A stretch of 64,000 nucleotides of DNA from NCBI GenBank assembly GCA_049840735.1, contig JASGJN010000017.1, positions 96,001 through 160,000 of the forward strand, read 5' to 3'. The position numbers and the translations under genes are program-made. How positions within the stretch are numbered: the first letter of the stretch is position 1; each line of letters begins with the position of its first letter. The notes beneath the pieces were generated by a model. That model had not been told where the DNA came from, made no database searches, and saw only the letters and a program-made list of their open reading frames with translations. The DNA comes from Anaeromyxobacter sp. (GTDB lineage: Bacteria; Myxococcota; Myxococcia; Myxococcales; Anaeromyxobacteraceae). Positions 12,441-23,458 of this stretch are shown here, piece by piece.

Positions 12441-13661
12441 TCACCCGCCGCGCCGCAGGTCGCACCCCAAGGGCGCATTCGCTGGAGCAAGTGAAAGGGA
12501 CGGAACGAAGGCGGCCATCTTCTCGCGCCCGAAAGCCTGCACCGCTGCCCAGAGGTTGTGCCCGCGGCAGCGAAGGCGAAGGTTGAGGGCGGTGGGCGGC
12601 CCGCCCATCGCCTCAGGGTCGATGTGGTCCAGCTCCAGCTGCCAGCGGCTGCAGCAGCGGTGGCCTTCGGGCGAGATGTAGGAGCAGCAGCCGCCATCGC
12701 GCGCCCAGACAGCGCGGCGGACCCCGGCGGTCACGGTGCGAGGGTCGAAGCGGTAGGCCGTGGCAAAGACCGGGAGCGGGTCGCCGGAGGGAGCTGGAAC
12801 CGGCGCTACCTGGGGGGCCGCCGCCGGGATCGAGGCCTCGGGCGAGGGATCAGCGGGAGCCGCCGCCCTGGCCAGCTCCACCGCACCCTTTCGCTTGGCA
12901 TGCTTCTCGACCGCGCAGCGAAGCGCCTCCTTGAGGACGTCCGCCAGGTTGCCGTCGGGCACCTTGTGCGAGAGGAGCTCGCGAAGCGTCTCGAGGTCCG
13001 CGTGCGCAGCCTCGTCGAGCGTGACGCGCATCGACCACTGCTCCGCGTTGATCGGGTGAAGCTCAGGGCGGCCGGGAACGGGGGTGGGCGCAGTGAGCGC
13101 GAATGCGGGCTCCGAGAAGACGCCCGGTTCCTGAGGCTGCGCAGGGGCCACTCCGGCCGGCCCCATCGCCGGTGCAGTCGCACCCTTCGGATCCACCTGG
13201 CGGGGCTGGGGGAGCGGGGGCGAGGAAGGGAGCCGGCGCAGACCGTCCTTGGCCGCCTCGCGCGGCCTGATGGTCACGACCAGCCGCTCCACCTCGGACT
13301 TGGACTTGAAGGTCGCCTGCCCTACCAGCTCGTCCAGGTTCTCCTCGGTCATCACCTCGCGGAGCATCCCCAGGGTGGTCAGGGAGAGCCGGCCCTCCCG
13401 CAGCGGCGCCTCGAGGGAGGGGAACCGGGAGAGGAGCCGCATGGCCGCGATGCGGCGGTACGCGCCGCCTTCCGGAAGGTGCAGCACCTCACGGCAAAAC
13501 GCCCAGAGGGAGGGATAGCCCAGGTCCAGGTAGAACTTCCGCCGCTCCACCTCCGCCAGCGCAAGCAGGGACTCGACCTTGATGCCCCGCTCGTCCGCTG
13601 CGAGCGACTTCACGTGGGCGATGAGGGAGCTGTTGTCCAGCGCATCGAATCGAACGACCAT
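12441..13661 (-). CDS. HNH endonuclease domain protein (helical DUF222-like N-terminus, ribbon-helix-helix-like middle, Zn-binding HNH C-terminus)
   Basis: C-terminal RRAVWARDGGCC...RCC...LELDHIDP...GG...NLRLRCRGHN. GGAGG 8 nt before ATG at 13661. Non-HNH domain labels are by resemblance only. Confidence 0.85.
   Translation of the reverse strand: MVVRFDALDNSSLIAHVKSLAADERGIKVESLLALAEVERRKFYLDLGYPSLWAFCREVLHLPEGGAYRRIAAMRLLSRFPSLEAPLREGRLSLTTLGMLREVMTEENLDELVGQATFKSKSEVERLVVTIRPREAAKDGLRRLPSSPPLPQPRQVDPKGATAPAMGPAGVAPAQPQEPGVFSEPAFALTAPTPVPGRPELHPINAEQWSMRVTLDEAAHADLETLRELLSHKVPDGNLADVLKEALRCAVEKHAKRKGAVELARAAAPADPSPEASIPAAAPQVAPVPAPSGDPLPVFATAYRFDPRTVTAGVRRAVWARDGGCCSYISPEGHRCCSRWQLELDHIDPEAMGGPPTALNLRLRCRGHNLWAAVQAFGREKMAAFVPSLSLAPANAPLGCDLRRGG
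12471..12494 (+). repeat. HNH-associated repeat, copy inside the last codons of the HNH gene
   Basis: GGGCGCATTCGCTGGAGCAAGTGA matches 14130-14153 at 23/24 positions. Confidence 0.85.
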
Positions 13662-13901
13662 GGCGTGCACCTCCGGCAGATGCAGCCATGCTAACCGCGG
13701 ATTTCGAGGCGCTTGCCGAGGCCCCTGGCGCCTCGCCAGAGGCGAGATCTCGAGAGCCCATCTCCGCTCCCTCACGCGCCTCCGGGCGCGCCGCAGCGAT
13801 CACGCGGAGGCCTGCAGGAGAACCATTTCCTGCCACAGCGCACCGCGGGGTCCGTGCAGCGGCCAAATCGCGTCAAGCGAAGAATCGCTACGCCCCACTT
13901 G

Positions 13902-13921
13902 CGCTTGCTCCAGCGCGGGCG
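13902..13921 (-). repeat. Inverted copy (anti-repeat) of the HNH-associated repeat
   Basis: CTTGCTCCAGCG (13904-13915) is the exact reverse complement of 12480-12491. The reverse complement of 13902-13921 matches 14047-14066 at 17/20. Confidence 0.75.
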
Positions 13922-13938
13922 ACTGACTTCCGGTGCCT

Positions 13939-13988
13939 GGGCTTCGACTCCGCGAGCCCTGCGGGCTCGCTACGCTCAGCCCGAACGG
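13939..13988 (+). repeat. Palindromic REP-like element, copy A
   Basis: GGGCT-TCGACTCC-GCGAGCCC-TGC-GGGCTCGC-TACGCTC-AGCCC-GAACGG. Confidence 0.9.
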
Positions 13989-14008
13989 ACGCCTCGACCC
14001 TCCCTGCA

Positions 14009-14178
14009 ATGACCTGACCCAGTCCCCGTCCTGCTCACTCCTTGGGCGCACGCGCTGGAGTAAGTGAGCGTGAACAAGAATGACCTGCCCCCACCCTGCC
14101 CCCACCCGACTCGCATCGTCCCCCTCCTTGGGCGCATTCGCTGGAGTAAGTGAGCGTGAACACGCATGACCTGACCCC
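14009..14178 (+). repeat. Mini-array: two ~54-bp direct repeats plus a partial third, with unique spacers
   Basis: CTCCTTGGGCGCA..CGCTGGAGTAAGTGAGCGTGAACA.G.ATGACCTG.CCC at 14038 and 14124 (period 86). Partial ATGACCTGACCC at 14009. Confidence 0.85.
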
Positions 14179-14440
14179 CCCCACCACCCCCCCCACCACG
14201 CCCCCCACCACGCCCCCCACCACGCCCCCCACCGCGCTCCCCACCACGCTCCCCACCACGCTCCCCACCACGCCCCCCACCACGCCCCCCACCACGCTCC
14301 CCACCACGCTCCCCACCACGCTCCCCACCACGCACCCCACCACGCACCCCACCACGCACCCCACCGCGCTCCCCACCACGCACCCCACCACGCACCCCAC
14401 CACGCACCCCACCACGCACCCCACCACGCACCCCATCGCG
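14177..14440. repeat. 12-bp tandem repeat (VNTR), 22 copies of CCCCACCACGC(C/T/A)
   Basis: Directly visible; unit variants occur in blocks. Confidence 0.95.
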
Positions 14441-14561
14441 CTCCCCAGCCCCACCCAACTCCCCTCAGCACAGCGCCGCCCACGGCGCAGGGGCAGGGGC
14501 TCCCCTGCGCCCTGTCCCCACGGCAGGATCCCTGCGCCCCCGCCCCCCAGCACGCCCCCCC

Positions 14562-14600
14562 AAACGCAAATCGGCCGCCGATTCCGCGATCGACGGCCGA
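14562..14600 (-). terminator. Probable intrinsic terminator of eno
   Basis: Stem TCGGCCG.CGAT / ATCG.CGGCCGA followed on the minus strand by TTTGCGTTT, 20 nt after the eno stop. Confidence 0.65.
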
Positions 14601-14621
14601 CTTGAACGACTCCGCTCTTCG

Positions 14622-15989
<1,368 letters not shown>

Positions 15990-16125
15990 TCAACGCTTTT
16001 CCTGGGCGGCGGATCGCCGCTCGGAGCGCCGCAAGACGTGCGTGGCGCCATAAGAAATTCGCGCGCCGGGGATGCGCCCTGGCGCGCGTTCGAGGGACGA
16101 CCTGGGGGGCGTGCTGCGCGGCGAG

Positions 16126-16302
16126 CTAGCTGCCGTAGTCGATGATCACCACGCCGCGATCGTTGTCGTCGCCGCGGTCATCCGACCGGTCGGTCGGGCG
16201 CGCCGGGCCGACGGGAAGCGGCAGCTCGATCGCCGGGCGGTCGTCGCGACCCTTGTCGCGCTCCCGCCGCTTGATCTCCTCGATGACGTAGGCGTCCAGC
16301 AT
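16126..16302 (-). CDS. Small hypothetical protein (58 aa), below the ORF-track cut-off
   Basis: [70 protein letters not shown]3-rich codons. Confidence 0.75.
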   Translation of the reverse strand: MLDAYVIEEIKRRERDKGRDDRPAIELPLPVGPARPTDRSDDRGDDNDRGVVIIDYGS

Positions 16303-16467
16303 CGCTCTCTCCTGGCCTCGTCTTCGCCGCCTTCTCCTCGGGGTGCAAACCGCGTTCCCCTGCCGGTCCTTCCCTCCTGACGACCGTGGAGCAACCCTGA
16401 TTCTCTCTTAACGGCCTCTTCCCGCACCTTCCAGTGGCCCAAACCCCTGAACGGGCCCGCCCATTTT

Positions 16468-16496
16468 GACGTAACACCCACCCATGGGCGGGTCAA
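16468..16496 (-). promoter_or_regulatory. Putative sigma70-type promoter for the small ORF
   Basis: Minus strand TTGACC-N17-TACGTC in a lower-GC intergenic patch. Confidence 0.4.
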
Positions 16497-16608
16497 GGTA
16501 GGGACGGAGGGGACCCTGTCGACCCGCGGCCAAGCGCGCACGCCCGCTGGGAGACCGGGGCGCCGGCGCCACGGTGCCGTGGAGTTCCGGCGACGGGAAC
16601 GCGGCGCG

Positions 16609-17058
16609 TCAGGCGCGCTTCTTCTCCGCGCGGGCCTTGAAGGCCTGCAGGTTGCGGGGGAGCGAGACGCGGGTCATCTCGTCGCTCACGCGGTCGATCA
16701 GCGACTGCGGGACGAGCGGCGGCTTGGTCACCTGGATCTCGACGGCGTAGCGCGCGCGCGTGGCGTTGCCTTCCGCGGCGAGATCCCAGGAGCCGTTCGA
16801 GACCTTCATCATGTCGCCCGAGACGAGCGACCAGGTCACGCGGTGCGGCCGCTCCTCCTGGTGCCTGAGCACGTAGGTGATGCGCTTGATGCCCAGGTCC
16901 AGGTCGTACTGGACTTGGCGCTCCGGCCCCTCGCGGATCACCCGGCACGCCTTGATGCCCGGGACGAACTCCGGGTAGCGCGCATAGTCCACGATGACCT
17001 GGAACACGTGCTCCAGCGGGGCAGCGATGACGATCTCCTGGCTGTGCCGGTCTGCCAT
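16609..17058 (-). CDS. SRPBCC / polyketide cyclase-dehydrase family protein
   Basis: IAAPLEHVFQVIVDYARYPEFVPG and NGSWDL; typical START-fold pattern. Confidence 0.85.
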   Translation of the reverse strand: MADRHSQEIVIAAPLEHVFQVIVDYARYPEFVPGIKACRVIREGPERQVQYDLDLGIKRITYVLRHQEERPHRVTWSLVSGDMMKVSNGSWDLAAEGNATRARYAVEIQVTKPPLVPQSLIDRVSDEMTRVSLPRNLQAFKARAEKKRA

Positions 17059-17087
17059 CCGTCGGTCCTAGCGCGGCCGCCTGCGGC

Positions 17088-18063
17088 TCACCAGCCGTAG
17101 TTGGGGCTGCGGGTGAAGTGGTGGATGGAGTCGATGAAGCGCAGCGTGGCGGTGCGCGAGCGCATCACCACCGAGTGGGTCCGGCCGCCGTCGCCGGTGA
17201 AGACCACGCCGCGCAGCAGGTCGCCGCTCGTCACGCCCGTGGCCGCGAACATCACGCTGCCGCCGGCCAGCTCCTCGGCGGTGCGGATCCGGTCCGGCTC
17301 GGCCAGCCCGGAGGCGCGGGCCCGCTCCCGCTCGACCTCGCCCTTGAAGACCAGCCGGCCCTGCAGCTCACCGCCGGCGCAGCGCACGGCCGCCGCGGCG
17401 ATCACGCCCTCGGCCGCGCCGCCGGTGCCGAGCAGCATGTCCACGCCCGTCTCCGGGAAGCAGGTGGCCAGCGCGCCGGCCAGGTCGCCGTCGGTGAGCA
17501 GCTTGATGCGGGCGCCCGTCTCCCGCACCGCGGCGAGCAGCCCCTGGTGACGCGGCCGATCGAGGATCACCACCGTCAGGTCCTCGACGTACTTGCCCAG
17601 CGCGTCGGCCACGCGGCGCAGGTTCTCCACCGGCGGGCGGCGGAGGTCGATCGCGCCCTGGGCCGCCGGCCCCACGGCGAGCTTCTCCATGTAGGCGCCG
17701 GGCGGGACCCGCAGCAGGGCGCCCAGGTCGCCCATGGCCACCGCGCTCACCGCGTTGGCCGCGCCGGTGGCGCACAGGTGCGCGCCCTCCAGGGGCTTGA
17801 CCGCCACCTCGAGCTCGACGGGCTCCTCGCGCCGCCGCCCCAGCCGCTCGCCGGCCGGCAGCGCGGCCGGGTCGGCGCCGGCGGAGCCGCCCTCCCCCAC
17901 CGCGATTCTCGGCGGAGACGGCCATGTCGTTGAGCGCCCTGCGGGTGGCGTCGCGCGCGGCCTGCACCGCCGAGCTGCGATTGCCGCGCCCCATGAGCCG
18001 GGCCGAGGCCAGCGCCGCCGCCTCGGTGACCCGCACCAGCTCCAGCGCCAGGTTCCGGTCCAT
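17088..18063 (-). CDS. glpX: Class II fructose-1,6-bisphosphatase (GlpX) homologue with a degenerate active site and an apparent 1-nt insertion near 17906
   Basis: MDRNLALELVRVTEAAA N-terminus in one frame; YMEKL, LDRPRH, DGD, AEGV and FAATGVT in the next. Confidence 0.85.
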
Positions 18064-18067
18064 CGCC

Positions 18068-18488
18068 TCAGGGCTCCTGCGCGGCCTGCGCCTCGCCGTC
18101 GGAGAGCCGGGCCAGGAGCTCCCTGGGCATGCGCTGCACGCGGCCCTCCAGGTCCACGCAGGCGTGCACCGTGAAGCCGGTGGCGAGCAGCACCCCGTCC
18201 TCGCGCAGGATCCGGGTAGTCGAAGCGGGCCGAGGCGCGCCTCGCCTCCGAGAGCGCGATCTCCACCGTGAGCAGGTCGTCGTAGCGGGCGGGCTGCTTG
18301 TAGCTCACGCCCGCCTCCACCACCGGCAGGCGCAGGCCGAAGCTGGCCTCGAAGTCGCGGTAGCGCAGCCCCTTGGCACGGATGAACTCGTTGCGGGAGG
18401 CCTCGAAGAAGCGGAGGTAGTTCCCGTAGTAGACGACGCCCATCTGGTCCGTGTCCCCGTAGATGACCCGGATTTGGTGCCTGATCAT
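18068..18488 (-). CDS. Acyl-CoA thioesterase (YbgC/4HBT family), apparent 1-nt insertion near 18215
   Basis: RVIYGDTDQMGVVYYGNYLRFFE and PARYDD; continues RILREDGVLLATGFTVHACVD in the shifted frame. Confidence 0.88.
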
Positions 18489-18500
18489 GGACCGCCACCT

Positions 18501-18550
18501 CCGCTCATCCCGAGCGTAGCTCGCCCGCAGGGCGAGCGGAGTCGAAGGAC
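18501..18550 (-). repeat. Palindromic REP-like element, copy B
   Basis: Minus strand: GTCCT-TCGACTCC-GCTCGCCC-TGC-GGGCGAGC-TACGCTC-GGGAT-GAGCGG. Confidence 0.9.
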
Positions 18551-18552
18551 GC

Positions 18553-19875
18553 CTAGGCGCTCTCGATGCGGATGAGGCGCGTGGGGGCGAGCGTGGTGGG
18601 ATCGCGATTGATCTCGGCCACCGCCGCCTGCACGTCCGCCTCGCGCGCCTGGTGGCTGACGATCACCAGCGGCACCGGCTTGCCCTGGTCGTTCTGCTCG
18701 CGCTGCTGGACCGCGGCCACCGAGATGTTGCGCCGCGCCAGCTGGGTGGCGATGCGCGCCAGCACGCCCGGCGTGTCCTTGACCGAGAAGTTCAGGTAGT
18801 AGCCGCAGCGGATCTCGTCGTGGCCGCGCAGCGCCACCTGCGGCCGGGCCGGCGGCAGCGGCACGCGCCCCGGGCTGCCGGCCAGGATGTTGCGGGTCAG
18901 GTCGATGATGTCCGAGACCACCGCGCTGCCGGTGGGCATCGCGCCGGCGCCCTGCCCGTAGAGCATGGACGCGCCCAGCGCCTCGGAGCGGAGCACCACC
19001 GCGTTCATGGCCCCGCGCACGCCGGCCAGCAGCGAGCCGGCCGGGATGAAGGCCGGGTGCACCCGCGCCTCCAGCTGGTCCTGCCCGCCCTCCTCCGCCG
19101 CGCCGCAGCGCCGGGCCACCGCCAGCAGCTTGAGCGCGTAGCCGAACTCCTTGCCCCAGCGGAAGTCCTCCGGGCGCAGCCCCATGATGCCCTCGGTCAG
19201 CACGTCCTGCGGGCCGATCCGGGCGCCGAAGGCCAGCTGCGACAGCACGCAGAGCTTCTGCGCGGCGTCCCCGCCGGAGACGTCCAGCGTGGGGTCGGCC
19301 TCGGCGTAGCCCAGCCGCTGCGCCTCGGCCAGGGCGACGTCGATGGGCTGCCCCTGCTCCGCCATGGCGGTCAGGATGAAGTTGGTGGTGCCGTTGACGA
19401 TGCCGTGCAGGGCGGTGATCCGGTCCGAGGCCAGCGCCTCGCGCAGCGTGCGGATGATGGGCACGCCGCCGCAGACCGCGGCCTCGTAGTAGACGTCGAC
19501 GCCCTTCTCCCGGGCCAGGCGGAAGATCTCCTCGCCGCGCGCGGCCAGCAGCGCCTTGTTGGCGGTGACCACGTGCTTGCCGCGCTCCAGCGCGCCGCGC
19601 ACCAGCTCGAAGGCCTGGTCCACGCCGCCCATCAGCTCCACCACCACGGCGATGGAGGGATCGTCGAGCAGGTCCTGGGTCCGCGTGGTGAGCACGGCGC
19701 GATCGAGCTCCACCGCGCGCGCCTTCTCGCGGCTGCGCACGGCCACCCGCTTCACGACGATGCGGGCGCCCAGCCGGGCCTCGATGTCGGCCCCGTGGCT
19801 GCGCAGGATCGAGAGGACCCCTCCGCCCACCACGCCGAGCCCGGCGATGCCGATCTCCACCTCACGCATGCTCAC
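18553..19875 (-). CDS. hom: Homoserine dehydrogenase with C-terminal ACT domain
   Basis: GLGVVG, VVTANK, YEAAVCGGVP, NGTTNFIL, GYAEADP; start at GTG 19875 or ATG 19869. Confidence 0.95.
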   Translation of the reverse strand: MSMREVEIGIAGLGVVGGGVLSILRSHGADIEARLGARIVVKRVAVRSREKARAVELDRAVLTTRTQDLLDDPSIAVVVELMGGVDQAFELVRGALERGKHVVTANKALLAARGEEIFRLAREKGVDVYYEAAVCGGVPIIRTLREALASDRITALHGIVNGTTNFILTAMAEQGQPIDVALAEAQRLGYAEADPTLDVSGGDAAQKLCVLSQLAFGARIGPQDVLTEGIMGLRPEDFRWGKEFGYALKLLAVARRCGAAEEGGQDQLEARVHPAFIPAGSLLAGVRGAMNAVVLRSEALGASMLYGQGAGAMPTGSAVVSDIIDLTRNILAGSPGRVPLPPARPQVALRGHDEIRCGYYLNFSVKDTPGVLARIATQLARRNISVAAVQQREQNDQGKPVPLVIVSHQAREADVQAAVAEINRDPTTLAPTRLIRIESA

Positions 19876-20594
19876 ATCCTCCCGACGGGCGCCACCTTGT
19901 ACGACTGCAGCAGGTTCCTGGACTGGGGGGTGACCCGCCCGTCCACCACCACGAAGGTCTCGATCCGCACCGGCCCGACCAGCGGGGCGTAGGTGATCTC
20001 GAGGATGTGGTCGGTGGTGGGGCTGGCCCGGTTGTGCGACCGGACCCGCACGCAGCCCTCGAACCGGCCGGCCGGGACCTCCACCGTCTCGTTCACGGCG
20101 GCGATCTCGAACCGCTCCACCGAGCTGACCGAGACCACGGAGGACCAGGCGTTCCCCTCGGCCAGGGGGCGGCAGAGCAGCCGGCGCTGGCGGTCGTGGA
20201 CGCAGTCGCCGTCCACGCGCAGCTCGGCCCGCTGGTCGTCGCGGTAGTAGCCGTCGGCCATCCGCTCGATCACGCGGACCGTGTGCACCTTGCCGCGCGC
20301 GGCGGGGATGGCCGGCGACTGGTCCACGTAGCTCCACTCGTTGCCCACCGCCAGCGGCCAGAACTCGGCCGGGCCCAGCCCGTCGCCCCTGGCCGGCGGC
20401 CTGGGCGCGGGCGCGGCGGCGGCCTTGCCCGGCGCGCCCGGCTGGGCGGCCGGCGCGGGCGCCTTGGCGCCGGCAGGGGGCGTGGCCTCGGCGCGAGGGG
20501 CCGGGGCGGAGGTGGGCGGCGGCGGGGCCGGCGTCTGGACCCCGGCGCAGGCGAGCGCGAGGGTCACGGGGACGAGCAGGATCGGTGCACGCAT
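19872..20594 (-). CDS. Hypothetical lipoprotein
   Basis: Lipobox-like LALAC, Pro/Ala linker, then WPLAVGNEWSY and VPAGRFEGC. Confidence 0.75.
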   Translation of the reverse strand: MRAPILLVPVTLALACAGVQTPAPPPPTSAPAPRAEATPPAGAKAPAPAAQPGAPGKAAAAPAPRPPARGDGLGPAEFWPLAVGNEWSYVDQSPAIPAARGKVHTVRVIERMADGYYRDDQRAELRVDGDCVHDRQRRLLCRPLAEGNAWSSVVSVSSVERFEIAAVNETVEVPAGRFEGCVRVRSHNRASPTTDHILEITYAPLVGPVRIETFVVVDGRVTPQSRNLLQSYKVAPVGRM

Positions 20595-20638
20595 GTCAGG
20601 GCATCCTAGCGGAAAACCGGGGCGTCGCGGGGCCCGCG

Positions 20639-21526
20639 CTACTTCCCGTCGGCCACCCGGGCCGCGTCGCCCTCCCGGGCGTCCAGCTCGCGCATGGCCT
20701 CGGCCGCCGCGCCCTGGACGCGCGGGTCGGGGTGGCCGGTCCGCAGCGTGAACAGGAAGGCGCGCGCGTCGTAGCCGCCGATGTCCCCCACGATGCGGGC
20801 CAGCCGGGCCACGAAGGCCGGGTCCTGCCCCGCCGCGAGCTCCGCCAGCGGCTTCACCGCCCGCGGGTCGCGGAGCTGCGCCAGGGCGCCCACCGCCCGC
20901 TGCACCACCCGCGGGTCCGGATCCTCGAGGCGGCGGATCAGCGCCGGCACGGCGGCCGCGTTCCCCTCCTCGCCCAGCTTGCGGACCGCCCGCTCGCGGA
21001 CGTCCGGATCGCTGGAGTCGAGCTCGGCCAGCGGGCTGCCGCCGGGCTTCCGCCCCTGGGCGTTGGCGCGGGCGACGTTGCGGGCCGCCTCCGCCAGCGC
21101 CCCGTCCAGCGCGACGGCCCAGGCCGCGACCTCGTCGCCGCCCAGCGGCGCGGCGCCGGTGCCCGGCTCGGCGTAGGTCAGGCTCTCCGGCGCCTGGACC
21201 GTGGGCGCCAGCTCCAGCTCGGCCACCACCTCGGCTCGCGGCTGGCGGCTGCCCGGCGCGGGCGGCAGCACGCGCAGGGAGAGCAGGCGCACCCGCCCGC
21301 GGTAGGTCCGCTCCCCCTCGCCCAGCGGGAAGCCGGCCCTGCCCAGGGCTGCCCGGGCGGCCGCCTCGACCGCGGCCGGCTCGAGCCCGGCCTCGCGGAG
21401 GCCCGCCATTCCCGAGTCCGGCTCCACGCGCACGGAGGCCACGTGGATGGGGGCCGGCTTGCGGTCGCAGCCACCGGAGGTGGCGACGACCGCGGCCAGC
21501 GCGAGGACGGAGACGGCGCGGAGCAT
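20639..21526 (-). CDS. HEAT-repeat lipoprotein
   Basis: Signal ending SGGC; DPDVRERAVRKLG and DPRVVQRAVGALAQL repeats. Confidence 0.8.
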   Translation of the reverse strand: MLRAVSVLALAAVVATSGGCDRKPAPIHVASVRVEPDSGMAGLREAGLEPAAVEAAARAALGRAGFPLGEGERTYRGRVRLLSLRVLPPAPGSRQPRAEVVAELELAPTVQAPESLTYAEPGTGAAPLGGDEVAAWAVALDGALAEAARNVARANAQGRKPGGSPLAELDSSDPDVRERAVRKLGEEGNAAAVPALIRRLEDPDPRVVQRAVGALAQLRDPRAVKPLAELAAGQDPAFVARLARIVGDIGGYDARAFLFTLRTGHPDPRVQGAAAEAMRELDAREGDAARVADGK

Positions 21527-21535
21527 CTCGACAGC

Positions 21536-23314
<1,779 letters not shown>

Positions 23315-23458
23315 GTACGTCCTTGAAGGTGAAAGGTGTCGGAAGGTGTCGGGCGCCGCCGTCTGCGGGCGGCCTGCCACGGCTCTGCCATCTTCGGGCC
23401 GGTCCCCTGCCCTGTCAATCTTGAAAGTACCTGATTCCCTGATGATTCTTCCCATCAC

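Noticed and set aside
12441..13661. IscB/Cas9-like or group II intron-encoded nuclease
   Set aside because: No PLMP, RuvC or reverse-transcriptase motifs visible; only a C-terminal HNH.
13939..13988. tRNA genes or fragments suggested by TTCGACTCC
   Set aside because: No cloverleaf, D-arm or CCA; the motif belongs to the dispersed palindromic family. No tRNA or rRNA was found in the window.
14009..14178. CRISPR array
   Set aside because: Only two full repeats of ~54 bp, unequal spacers and no cas genes. Kept as an unexplained mini-array.
13800..14605. ORFs made of WWGA, GGVR, VVGC or PTT repeats
   Set aside because: Products of a stop-free 12-bp VNTR read in several frames; no RBS or codon-usage support.
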